Source: an uncultured Candidatus Binatia bacterium
GTDB lineage: Bacteria > Desulfobacterota > Binatia > Bin18
Direction of reading: 5' to 3'
Assembly (NCBI GenBank): GCA_965220195.1
Contig: CBDCPK010000005.1
Location: forward strand, 899,704 to 963,703
DNA: 64,000 nt
Shown here: positions 9,230-18,249 of the stretch, one piece after another
How positions within the stretch are numbered: the first letter of the stretch is position 1
Layout: each line of letters begins with the position of its first letter
Program-made: the position numbers and the translations under genes
The notes under the pieces: generated by a model
Seen by the model: only the letters and a program-made list of their open reading frames with translations
The model's database searches: none
Told to the model about the DNA's origin: nothing

Positions 9230-10240
9230 TTATTGGAAACGGGGCATAATCCGTTGAGCGAAGGTCTGCAACACCTGGGCCGGATCGCCGGTCAGCGGTC
9301 CAAGAAAAATTTTCTTGACCCCGGCCTCGGCTGCGCGCTCGACCTGATAGCGGCAGTCCTGGGGCGTCCCCGCGATGGCAAAGCGTTCGGCCAGATAATC
9401 CTTCAGCCCCAGTTCATCAACCATCCTGGCATGAAACCGTTCGGCGCCGAGCAGTTCGTGTTCATGCGGACGGTAGGCGGCCTTGAGTTTTTCAATCGCC
9501 TCCCACAGTTCGGCCGGAATACGCTTGCCCTCCAAGGTTCGCCGAAAGGCGTGGTTGGCACTCGCGGCCAGGGCCATGCGGATTTCATCCACTGCGGCCT
9601 GCGTGGTCTCGGCCATATTGGTCTTGGCAAAAAACCAGATATCCAAATCGTCAAGTTTCCGTCCGGCAGCCTTGGCCCCGTCCTCGATACGGTTATAGGC
9701 GTCCTGTACAACTGCGGGGCTCAGTCCGCTGCCCACGATCACCCCATCGGCTAACTCACCCGCCAGTTGCAGGATCTTTGGCCCCTCGGCACAGACGTAT
9801 AAAGGAACCGGTCTTTTCACCCAGACTTGGCGAACAGTTTTGCCCTGGAAGCGGGTTTCGCCAGTATAAAACCCTTTGATTGCTTCGAGCGCTTCGCGAA
9901 ACTCGGCGAGTCGAGCGGCCTTGAGACCCACGTTATACACGGCACTGTCACCTGTCCCAATGCCAAGAAAAGCGCGGCCGTCCGACAATTCGTTGATCGA
10001 GGCAATGGCCCCTGCCGTGACCGCGGGATGGCGGGTCAGGGGGTTGGTCACAAACGTTCCCATCCGCAGCCGCTGACTGTTCAGCGCACACTGGGTCAAG
10101 GTCACATAGCAGTCCGGCCATAGCCAGTGCGCATCCGGTACGCCTACCATTTCAAAGCCCCAGGCTTCAATCTGGCGCACCAGCCCCGGCAGGTCAGGAT
10201 AGCTATGCGCAAGGGGAATGGTGGCGAATTGGACGCTCAT
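9230..10240 (-). CDS. LLM class (luciferase-like) flavin/F420-dependent oxidoreductase
   Basis: Luciferase-like monooxygenase fold motifs. Likely start at MSVQFATIP (ATG at 10238-10240) rather than the ORF-track start at 10288. Confidence 0.8.
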   Translation of the reverse strand: MSVQFATIPLAHSYPDLPGLVRQIEAWGFEMVGVPDAHWLWPDCYVTLTQCALNSQRLRMGTFVTNPLTRHPAVTAGAIASINELSDGRAFLGIGTGDSAVYNVGLKAARLAEFREALEAIKGFYTGETRFQGKTVRQVWVKRPVPLYVCAEGPKILQLAGELADGVIVGSGLSPAVVQDAYNRIEDGAKAAGRKLDDLDIWFFAKTNMAETTQAAVDEIRMALAASANHAFRRTLEGKRIPAELWEAIEKLKAAYRPHEHELLGAERFHARMVDELGLKDYLAERFAIAGTPQDCRYQVERAAEAGVKKIFLGPLTGDPAQVLQTFAQRIMPRFQ

Positions 10241-10247
10241 CGGCTTA

Positions 10248-10299
10248 CAGCGTAAACGTGCCAACAGCTTTATACCAGAGGAGGACACGTTTACCTTTT
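10248..10299. repeat. palindromic MITE/REP-like element, copy 2 (degenerate)
   Basis: cagcGTAAACGTGcCaacagctttataccagaggaGGACACGTTTACcttt, between the LLM and lplA-like genes. Shares the caacagcttt spacer with copy 1. Confidence 0.7.
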
Positions 10300-10381
10300 C
10301 CTCTCTTCTGGGAGTAGCCTACCCGCTTCAGTTCAAGAGCACCATTGCTGCGGGTTCCCGTCTGACTTATGCTGCGTTCTT

Positions 10382-11452
10382 ATGCAGGTTCGTTTGCTCA
10401 CCCAATCCGATACGACCCCGCTCCAGAGCGTGGCAACGGACCAGTATTTTCTTCACACCGTCGTTGAGACACAGCTCCCAATCTTGCGCGTCTATACATA
10501 CCCGGAGGATGTGCTGCTGCTCGGTCGGTATCACGCTGCCGGCGCACTCGGCCCAGACCCAGGTCTGACAATCGCTCGGCGTCTGAGTGGCGGACGAGCC
10601 TTTCCGAGCGGTAACGGGTTTGTCCAGTTCTCGCTCATTGTCCCGCACCGTTCGTTCTTCTTCTCCGCCGACCCGCACCACATCGCGCCGTTTCAGATCC
10701 TCAATCGTTATGTTCGCGGGGTGCTGCGCGGCCTCAAAACCGGTGGGGTTGAAGTCTTCTATCCAGGACAAGATTTTCTAACGGTCCAGCGGCTGCCGGT
10801 TGGCTGGCACTCTTTTGTGACAGCAGACAGCGGAGCCGTGCTGTATGAAGGCGGCGTGTTTGTCCAACGGGATATGAGCCTCCTGCCCCGTTTTCTTGAC
10901 CGGGCCGACCCGCAGGGGACTCTTCCCTGTCAGATCTTTATGCCGGACCAGGTTTACAATTTGGATAAAGTCCTCGGGCGGTCTCTTGTGCCGGACCAAG
11001 TTGTTCATCTGCTCCGGAACGGCTTTACCCAGCAGTTCGGGCTGGAATGCCTCGACCGCGACCTGGACAAAAACGAGCGGGCATCCATTCTGGGAAAACA
11101 GGCTCAGTCCGACCTCGTGCCGAACAGCCGCCCGCTGCGATCCGACCTCCCCTATGCAGCAACGAGGCAAACTCCACTTGGAGAACTTCGAGTCCGCTTC
11201 TCTCTCACTCCCGAACGGACAATCGAGGCGATCCAGTTCTCGGGTGATTTTCTTGCCAACCCGGCAGGGATACAGGCGTTGGAGCACAATCTCGAAGGCT
11301 GTCCGCTGGAGAAAGCCTCACTTTGGCAGGTCATTGACCAGACGTTTCTTGAGCCGGAGCACTATCTGATTGGGGCCGGGAAGTTAGCCGACTTGCCCGG
11401 AGTGATGATAAGCGCCTCGAAGAGTAAACGTGTCCAGCATCTCTATACATAG
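10382..11452 (+). CDS. lipoate-protein ligase A-like protein (BPL/LPL catalytic domain)
   Basis: 356 aa, LplA-like N-terminus (PILRVYTYPEDVLLLGRY). The C-terminal residues ...SKSKRVQHLYT and the stop lie inside a 51-bp palindromic repeat copy. Confidence 0.6.
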   Translation: MQVRLLTQSDTTPLQSVATDQYFLHTVVETQLPILRVYTYPEDVLLLGRYHAAGALGPDPGLTIARRLSGGRAFPSGNGFVQFSLIVPHRSFFFSADPHHIAPFQILNRYVRGVLRGLKTGGVEVFYPGQDFLTVQRLPVGWHSFVTADSGAVLYEGGVFVQRDMSLLPRFLDRADPQGTLPCQIFMPDQVYNLDKVLGRSLVPDQVVHLLRNGFTQQFGLECLDRDLDKNERASILGKQAQSDLVPNSRPLRSDLPYAATRQTPLGELRVRFSLTPERTIEAIQFSGDFLANPAGIQALEHNLEGCPLEKASLWQVIDQTFLEPEHYLIGAGKLADLPGVMISASKSKRVQHLYT

Positions 11453-11474
11453 CTGGAGGACACGTTTACTCTTT
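11421..11474. repeat. palindromic MITE/REP-like element, copy 3
   Basis: AGAGTAAACGTGTCCAGCATctctatacatagcTGGAGGACACGTTTACTCTTTT, overlapping the lplA-like 3' end. Confidence 0.8.
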
Positions 11475-11501
11475 TCCCCAGTCCCGCCAATCGAGTAGGC
11501 T

Positions 11502-12386
11502 ATGGAGGACACTCAGAACAAGGCGCTCCAGCACGGTCAGATTGCAGCCGGGCTCCTCGCCGACAATGACCTCACGCGGCTTTCAGCGTTGGCTCTGCTT
11601 GAGTCGGAGAGAACACTAACGTCTCTCTCGGACGACGTGGTCCGTAACCTTCTCACGTGTCTGGGGCATCGTACCAAAAAAATACAACGTGGTGCGGCGA
11701 CCGCCCTCGTCCGCTTCGCCTCCCAACAGCCTGACATTATCGCGGCGCTGACACACAAGCTGACGCATCCGGACGCGCGGCTGCGCTGGACTGCGGCTTT
11801 TACCCTCTCCCAGCTTGAGCTGCCGAGCCCCTCGCCTCAAAGAGTAAACGTGTCCTCCAATCAGACACAACTGCTGGACACGTTTACTCTTCTTCCTGTT
11901 TTAATCGAAAACCTGGGACACCAGGAAAGCGACCTGCGCTGGGCCGCGGCAACTGCGGTCTTGCAGCTCGCCCGGCACTATTCTCAAGACGTTGTTCAGG
12001 CCATGATCCAACTCGTGTATAAGGGCAATGCCGTACAACGCCGTATGGCCCTCTACTGTCTCCGCGACCTGAAGCAAATGGATCACACAGCCCAGGACGC
12101 CTATCTCGCCAGCCTGCGTGACGAGGACCCTATGGTCCGCCTGGGCGGTTTGTCCTGTCTAGGTAAGCTCCGACTGAGGAGTGGAGCAATGCGAGCAGCG
12201 ATTCCCCGGCTTTTAGAACACGACCCGGACATGGGTGTCCGCCGTGCGGCTGCCGTAACCTGCGGGCAGATCGGCGACATGGACACACATATCATTGAGG
12301 CGTTGCAGCGAACAGCTCAAGCGGCTGACACCAGCCTCAGCAAAGCATCGGCCGGAGCACTCAAGAAACTGCTATACCGGACGTAA
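11502..12386 (+). CDS. HEAT repeat (PBS-lyase-like) protein with in-frame repeat-element insertion
   Basis: 294 aa with repeated DxRLRWTAAFTL / DLRWAAATAV / DPMVRLGGLSCL / DMGVRRAAAVTCG HEAT-like units. Residues QRVNVSSNQTQLLDTFTLL are encoded by a 51-bp repeat copy at 11841-11892. Confidence 0.7.
   Translation: MEDTQNKALQHGQIAAGLLADNDLTRLSALALLESERTLTSLSDDVVRNLLTCLGHRTKKIQRGAATALVRFASQQPDIIAALTHKLTHPDARLRWTAAFTLSQLELPSPSPQRVNVSSNQTQLLDTFTLLPVLIENLGHQESDLRWAAATAVLQLARHYSQDVVQAMIQLVYKGNAVQRRMALYCLRDLKQMDHTAQDAYLASLRDEDPMVRLGGLSCLGKLRLRSGAMRAAIPRLLEHDPDMGVRRAAAVTCGQIGDMDTHIIEALQRTAQAADTSLSKASAGALKKLLYRT
11841..11892. repeat. palindromic MITE/REP-like element, copy 4 (inverse orientation, inside HEAT-repeat CDS, in-frame)
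   Basis: AAGAGTAAACGTGTCCTCCAATcagacacaactGCTGGACACGTTTACTCTT. Confidence 0.8.
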
Positions 12387-12404
12387 AATGCGGGTGATGA
12401 AGTT

Positions 12405-12641
12405 TTACGACAGGTAACCCATCGGCTCGTTTTTCAGCAGTTCAACAATTACCTGCTGCCGGGTCTTGGGCCGTGTTTGGTTTTGTCCCTTCCCATCCAA
12501 GACAAACAGACCGCGCTTATACGTTCCACCGCCGTGCTGACACGTGTCCCACAACCGCTGCCACCGCTCGGGCGAGCGGACCCACTGTCTGAGAATTTTC
12601 TCTTGGTTGGTCATCCTTCCGTCTTGACTGAATTCTGACAT
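12405..12641 (-). CDS. hypothetical small protein
   Basis: 78-aa ORF in the gap between the HEAT gene and the MMPL array. No recognisable motif. Confidence 0.3.
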   Translation of the reverse strand: MSEFSQDGRMTNQEKILRQWVRSPERWQRLWDTCQHGGGTYKRGLFVLDGKGQNQTRPKTRQQVIVELLKNEPMGYLS

Positions 12642-12749
12642 GAGCGCAAGAGCCGTACCTGGAAAGTCAGGGTATGCGACGGAAGACCGCTTCCATTATG
12701 AGCAGGCTCTCCCGCTCCGCGTTAAACCAGGCTTACGGGGAAACCGGAC

Positions 12750-15275
12750 TTACGCGGTCTGCCCCTCCACACTCGGCTGTGGCATTTCGACCAAAGCCGT
12801 TTTTCCCCCGTATACGAAGCGGGGTTTGAACGTATTCAGGATCGCCGGCAGGACGGTCATCGAAACCAAGAGACAGGCGCCCATATTCAGCGACAGCATG
12901 GCGCCCAGATAAAAATTGGGCCGAAAATTCGAGGTGAGGAAGACCAAGAAGCTCGCCGTCACAACGAGTGCATTAAAAAAGATCGCTTTGCCCGACGTCG
13001 CCATGGTGGCGGCGGTAATCTTTTCCGGGTCAGTCAATCCAGAGCGGACTTTAATCCGGTATTTATTCAGGAAATGGATCGTATAGTCGATGCCAATGCC
13101 AATCACCATGGAAGCGGTCAACGATTTACCAACCTCAAGGGGAATGCCAAGCAGCCCGAGCAGTCCAAAACTGAAGACCATGACTAAACTAATCGGGATA
13201 ATATTAATCAGCCCAGCGACCCAGGAGCGAAACATAAACGCCGTCAACAAAAAGACGGCCACGAGTGAGACGACGAGACTGGCCAACTGCCCAGACACCA
13301 CCAGTTCGCTGAAACGGGTGGTCAGATAGCCATTGCCGGCAATCCCAAGCCGAAAACCGCTGTTGGTTTCCCAACCAATAACCGTCGGCTCAATACCAGC
13401 CAGCCAGCGTCCAAAGCGGATAGACCACGGATCCTGTGAGCCAGTATCGGCTGTACCGCTATCCCCTGCCTGCCCAAACTCACGCACGGCAAAGTCTTGC
13501 ACAATCCCAACCACGCGTTCGATGTCCTGGGTGCTATCCGACCGCAAAAATACGGTCATGTTGGCGTGCTGATAGTCATAATCCACAATTTCATCAAAAT
13601 CGTCCGGGTCGCCAGAGAAGGAGTAGAGCAACAGGTACTGGGCGATGAGGTCTTGCGAGTCCGGAATCACTTCCATTTCGGGCTGATCCTCGTTCATGAC
13701 CCGGTTCATGCGTTTGATATACTCGGCTAACGATAGCGACCCGCCAACGATAGGGTCTTGTTCGACGACGGTCTGGAGGCGGTCGAGTTTGGCGAGCAGC
13801 ACCGGATCTTTGAGCCGATCAGGCTGATGTCCTTCAAGCGCAATATACAGCGGGAGATTGCCTTGGAATGTCTCGCCTAGGACGGTATCCGCAATCCGCA
13901 CGGGGCTGTTCGGATCGGACATCTTGATAAATGAGGTATCGACAAAAATGCGCTGCGCACCAAGCAGACACACCAGCATGACACTGGCTGTCACGCCCCC
14001 CACCACGAGTGGTTTTCGCGCAACGCCGACGCCTAAGCGGGAGAGCGTCCGTGCCGCCCAGCCCGTCGCCGCGAGGTCACCACTGCGGCCCATTTGGGCT
14101 CGCAAGCCTCGGCTGACTTTGACCGGCAGGAGGCTCAACAGGGCCGGAAAAAAGGTGATGGAGAAGACCATCGCGGCCAGAACGCCAATAGAGGTGAAGA
14201 TGCCAAAATAGCGGATCGGGAGAATGCTGGCGGTCAGGAAGGATAAAAACCCGGCCGCCGTCGTCAAGGAGGTGAAGACCACCGGCTGCCACATCTCTTG
14301 CATCGCGGCGAGTACCGCGCCGACTGAGGAAACGTCCGGATGTTGCAAGACCTCATCGTAATAACGGCTCAGAATGTGAATACCGTTTGCCACCCCAACC
14401 GCCATCAGGATAACCGGCATCATGGTGGAAATGGAATACATCGGAACACCCACGGCCGCCATAATGCCTAAGGTCCAAATCACGGAGACTCCGACTACCG
14501 CCAAGGGGAGCAAGACGCCGCGCACACTCCGATAGGTAAAATACAGCGTGCCGAGGACAATCACGAGAATGAGCGGGATGAAGGTCTCCATGTCCTGCCG
14601 CATCCCCTCCTCAAAGGTGACCTCCAGAGCGCCTTGGCCCGCAATATGGAATTCCTCTGGAGCACCGGCCGCTTTTTTCGCCTCAACCATATCCCGGATC
14701 GTCGTATAAATAGCCATCCGTCTGGCCGTGCCTTCGAGAGTCCCTCCGCCAGGTTCCATTTTGGCCGTGATGAGCATCCCGGTGCCGTCCTGGGAGACGA
14801 TCCAATTGACGAACATCGAATTGTGAAAGAGGGCCTGCCGTAATGCGTCGAGTGACTCGGATGAGTGAGGCACCGTTTCCATGAACGGATCAACGGCCAT
14901 GCCGTCCACCGTCCCGGTGATATTATCGAGCGTGGCCACACTCGCCACGTCTTCATCGCGGACGGCTTTGATGCCAGGCAACAGGGCGATCTTTTCCGAG
15001 AATTCTTTGATCGTTGCGAGCGTACGCGGATTGAAGACGCCGTTTTCGCCCGGATTTTTATTCAGCACTCCGACAACAATTAGGTCGCGTATGCCAAAGC
15101 GCTCCTCGACTAGGTCGTTATAGCTCATGACCGGATCGTTTTGGGGAATAAAGGCGTCGGCATCGCCCTCAAAGCGCAACGACTGCAGCTGGACCCAGGC
15201 CAGGCCGGTACAGCCCAGCACAAGGCCAATGACCAGGAAACGAAAGCGGATGATCCAGCGGAAAAATGATTCCAT
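12750..15275 (-). CDS. MMPL/RND superfamily transporter (paralog 1 of 3)
   Basis: 841 aa with an N-terminal TM helix (MESFFRWIIRFRFLVIGLVLG), a large periplasmic domain, and two hydrophobic multi-helix blocks (by eye) typical of RND/MMPL permeases. Confidence 0.85.
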   Translation of the reverse strand: MESFFRWIIRFRFLVIGLVLGCTGLAWVQLQSLRFEGDADAFIPQNDPVMSYNDLVEERFGIRDLIVVGVLNKNPGENGVFNPRTLATIKEFSEKIALLPGIKAVRDEDVASVATLDNITGTVDGMAVDPFMETVPHSSESLDALRQALFHNSMFVNWIVSQDGTGMLITAKMEPGGGTLEGTARRMAIYTTIRDMVEAKKAAGAPEEFHIAGQGALEVTFEEGMRQDMETFIPLILVIVLGTLYFTYRSVRGVLLPLAVVGVSVIWTLGIMAAVGVPMYSISTMMPVILMAVGVANGIHILSRYYDEVLQHPDVSSVGAVLAAMQEMWQPVVFTSLTTAAGFLSFLTASILPIRYFGIFTSIGVLAAMVFSITFFPALLSLLPVKVSRGLRAQMGRSGDLAATGWAARTLSRLGVGVARKPLVVGGVTASVMLVCLLGAQRIFVDTSFIKMSDPNSPVRIADTVLGETFQGNLPLYIALEGHQPDRLKDPVLLAKLDRLQTVVEQDPIVGGSLSLAEYIKRMNRVMNEDQPEMEVIPDSQDLIAQYLLLYSFSGDPDDFDEIVDYDYQHANMTVFLRSDSTQDIERVVGIVQDFAVREFGQAGDSGTADTGSQDPWSIRFGRWLAGIEPTVIGWETNSGFRLGIAGNGYLTTRFSELVVSGQLASLVVSLVAVFLLTAFMFRSWVAGLINIIPISLVMVFSFGLLGLLGIPLEVGKSLTASMVIGIGIDYTIHFLNKYRIKVRSGLTDPEKITAATMATSGKAIFFNALVVTASFLVFLTSNFRPNFYLGAMLSLNMGACLLVSMTVLPAILNTFKPRFVYGGKTALVEMPQPSVEGQTA

Positions 15276-15400
15276 GCTGACGATAGCTCCTTATATTTCT
15301 GACACTGCTGAGTAGCTGTGAGCAAGTAGAAACGAGAAAGTGAGTTCACCGGTATTAGGCGAATCGACAATTAACACAGGACTAGGGAGTAGGCTATTAC

Positions 15401-15720
15401 GCAGGCCAAGGCGCTGCTCACTGGCCGCTGCGCCCGCTCCGTCATTGCCGACAAAGCCGATGATAGTCAGGAACTCCTGGCCTTCATTAAAAACCAAGGG
15501 GCTACGCCAGTCATTCCTCCCCGGGCAGGGCGCCTAGCGCCCCGGTCCTATGACACGACTCTCTATAAGCACCGCAACTGGATTGAGCGCACCTTCAATC
15601 GGCTCAAACACTGCCGCCGCCTTGCCACCCGCTATGACCGCAAGACCGCCCCCTGCCTCGCCTTCTTACACCTCGCGGCCTTCGCCCTCTGGCAGTATTA
15701 CATGTCGATTCAGCCTAGGC
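15401..15720 (+). pseudogene. IS5-family DDE transposase, C-terminal fragment (no start codon)
   Basis: Frame translation ...ADKADDSQELLAFIKNQGATPVIPPRAGRLAPRSYDTTLYKHRNWIERTFNRLKHCRRLATRYDRKTAPCLAFLHLAAFALWQYY matches the conserved C-terminus of IS5/IS427-group transposases (NxIERxFxxLKxxRRIATRYDK). Only about 105 aa remain, with no upstream start. Confidence 0.5.
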
Positions 15721-18231
15721 CTCAGATTCTTGAACTACCACGAGTGGCGCTTCTTTATCGCCATACACAAAACGGGGTTTAAACCGATTCAAGATCGCCG
15801 GCAGGACCGTCATCGAGACAATCAAGCAGGCTCCCATACTGAGAGACAGCATGACACCCAGGTAAAAGAGGGACTCGAAGTTCGAGGTGAGAAAAATCAG
15901 GAAGCCGCCGATAACCACGACCGCATTAAAAAAGATGGCCTTGCCGGAGGTGGCCATCGTGGCCGCTGTAATCTGCGTGGGGTCTATTTGACCGTCTTGG
16001 AGCCCCTCTCGGACTTTGACCCGATACTTACTCAGAAAGTGAATCGTATAATCGATGCCAATACCGATGGTCATCGAGGCAGTCAGCGATTTCCCAATCT
16101 CTAGCGGGATATTCAGCAGCCCCAGCAGCCCAAAGCTAAAAATCATCACCAGGCTAATCGGCAGGACATTAATCAGCCCGGCAACGAACGAGCGAAACAT
16201 GACCGTGGTAAGCAGAAAGACCGCGCCGAGCGAGGTCACCAAGCTCGCCAGTTGCCCGGACACAATCAGTTCGCTCAGGCGGTTCAGGAGGTAGCCATTG
16301 CCCGCAATCCCGATCCGAAAGCCGCTGTTTGTCTCCCACCCCGCCACCGTGGGCTCAATGCCGGCCAACCAGCGGCCCAAGCGGAGTCCCAGCGGATCAT
16401 GGGTGGCAGCGTCGGTGGCTCCACTCTGGCCAAATTCCTCGACCGCAAAGTCGCGGATAAGCTGCACGACACGTTCGACGTCTCGGGTCCTATCGGAGCG
16501 CAGATAGACCGCTACGTTGGCATGCTGGTAGTCATAATCCACGACATCGTCGAAATCATCCGGATCACCCGAAAACGAATACAGCAGCAGATACTGGGCA
16601 ACCAGGTCACGAGAAGTTGGGATGACTTCCATTTCTGCACGATCTTCATTCATGACCCGGTTCATCCGTTTGATGTATTCCGCTAATGACAAGGAGCCAC
16701 CCACATCAGGATCCTGCTCCACCCGCGTTTGCAGGCGGTCCAGTTGATCGAGCAGGACCGGATCTTTGAGCCGATCAGGCTCATGCCCTTCGATTGCCAC
16801 ATAGATAGGCACGGTGCCTTGAAATGTATCGCGCAGGACCATATCGCTAACGCGTAGCTCGTGGGATGGGTGAAACATTCCGACCATGGTCGAGTTCACG
16901 ACAATCCGCTGCGTGCCGAGTACGCACAGCACAACAACGAGCGCGGCCGGCACCCATACGACCAGTGGACGACGTGCCACACCGCGACCGAGGCGCGCCA
17001 AGAAGCTGGCTGCCCAGCCGGCGGCTGCCAGGTCTCCACTCCGGCTCATTTGATTGCGCAGACCCCGGCTGACGGTCGGCGACAACAAACTCAACATGGC
17101 CGGGAAAAAGGTCAGCGAGAAGAGCATCGCGACCAAGATTCCCACTCCACTAAACACCCCAAAATAGCGGATAGGGACAACGGTCGCAGTCAGAAAAGAT
17201 AAGAACCCGGCTGCGGTGGTCAGCGAGGTCAAAATGACGGGCTGCCACATCTCTCGCATAGTCACAATCACCGCGTCAGCTGAGGAAATATCCGGATGCT
17301 CTAATAGCTCTTCGTAGTAGCGACTCAGAATATGAATGCCATCCGCCACGCCGATGGCCATGAGAACGACCGGCATTATGGAGGTGACAAAGTACATTGG
17401 AATACCGAGCGCGGCCATAATCCCGAGGGTCCAGATCACCGACACGACAACGACGGCCAGCGGCAGGAGGACGCCGCGCAGGCTTCGATACGTACAATAT
17501 AAGGTTCCCAGAAGCACGACCAAGGTCAGGGGTAAGAAGGTTTCCATGTCGCGGGCTTCCTCTTCCGACAAAGTGACTTCGACCGCTCCACGCCCGGCAA
17601 TATGAAATTCTTCCGGCACGCCCGTCGCCTTTTTAGCCTCGACCATGTCTCGGATCGAGGTATACACAGTCATCCGTCGCGCCGTGCCTGCCTGTGTGTC
17701 TTCGGTTGGCTCCATCTTGGCCATGATGAGCAGTCCCGTCCCGTCTTGCGAGACGACCCAATTGACGAACATGTGATTGGCGAAGATGGCCTGTTTAAGA
17801 TCTGCCAGCGCATTGGCTGCGTCGGGAACGGCTTCCATAAACGGATCAACGTTTATACCGTCGACGGCGCCAGTGATATTATCCATCGTGGCGATACTGG
17901 CCACATCTTCGTCCCGGATGGCTTTGATTCCGGGTTGCAGAGCAAGGCGTTCCGAGAACTCTTTGACAATGCCTAAGGTCCGTGGATTAAAGACACCATT
18001 CTCGTCGGCGTTGTCGTTCAGTACCCCAATCATAATGAGATCACGGATGCCGAATCGTTCTTCAACCACTCTGCTATAGGCGAGGATCGGATCATCGAAG
18101 GGGAACATGGCTTCAACATCGTTATCAAAGCGTAATGTTTGAATTGGAAGGGCGATGAGCACAGTGCTACCGAGGACTAGGCCAATGACCAGCCAGCGGA
18201 AACGAATGACGGCCCGAAAGAATGATTCCAT
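15715..18231 (-). CDS. MMPL/RND superfamily transporter (paralog 2 of 3)
   Basis: 838 aa, highly similar to 12750..15275 and 18250..20772 along its full length. Confidence 0.85.
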   Translation of the reverse strand: MESFFRAVIRFRWLVIGLVLGSTVLIALPIQTLRFDNDVEAMFPFDDPILAYSRVVEERFGIRDLIMIGVLNDNADENGVFNPRTLGIVKEFSERLALQPGIKAIRDEDVASIATMDNITGAVDGINVDPFMEAVPDAANALADLKQAIFANHMFVNWVVSQDGTGLLIMAKMEPTEDTQAGTARRMTVYTSIRDMVEAKKATGVPEEFHIAGRGAVEVTLSEEEARDMETFLPLTLVVLLGTLYCTYRSLRGVLLPLAVVVVSVIWTLGIMAALGIPMYFVTSIMPVVLMAIGVADGIHILSRYYEELLEHPDISSADAVIVTMREMWQPVILTSLTTAAGFLSFLTATVVPIRYFGVFSGVGILVAMLFSLTFFPAMLSLLSPTVSRGLRNQMSRSGDLAAAGWAASFLARLGRGVARRPLVVWVPAALVVVLCVLGTQRIVVNSTMVGMFHPSHELRVSDMVLRDTFQGTVPIYVAIEGHEPDRLKDPVLLDQLDRLQTRVEQDPDVGGSLSLAEYIKRMNRVMNEDRAEMEVIPTSRDLVAQYLLLYSFSGDPDDFDDVVDYDYQHANVAVYLRSDRTRDVERVVQLIRDFAVEEFGQSGATDAATHDPLGLRLGRWLAGIEPTVAGWETNSGFRIGIAGNGYLLNRLSELIVSGQLASLVTSLGAVFLLTTVMFRSFVAGLINVLPISLVMIFSFGLLGLLNIPLEIGKSLTASMTIGIGIDYTIHFLSKYRVKVREGLQDGQIDPTQITAATMATSGKAIFFNAVVVIGGFLIFLTSNFESLFYLGVMLSLSMGACLIVSMTVLPAILNRFKPRFVYGDKEAPLVVVQESEA

Positions 18232-18249
18232 AAGGGGCTACTCCCTAGT

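Noticed and set aside
12640-12912. 90-aa plus-strand ORF at the 3' end of MMPL paralog 1
   Set aside because: It overlaps the well-supported minus-strand transporter gene and has no motif. The same pattern (18155..18415) recurs at each paralog, consistent with shadow ORFs.
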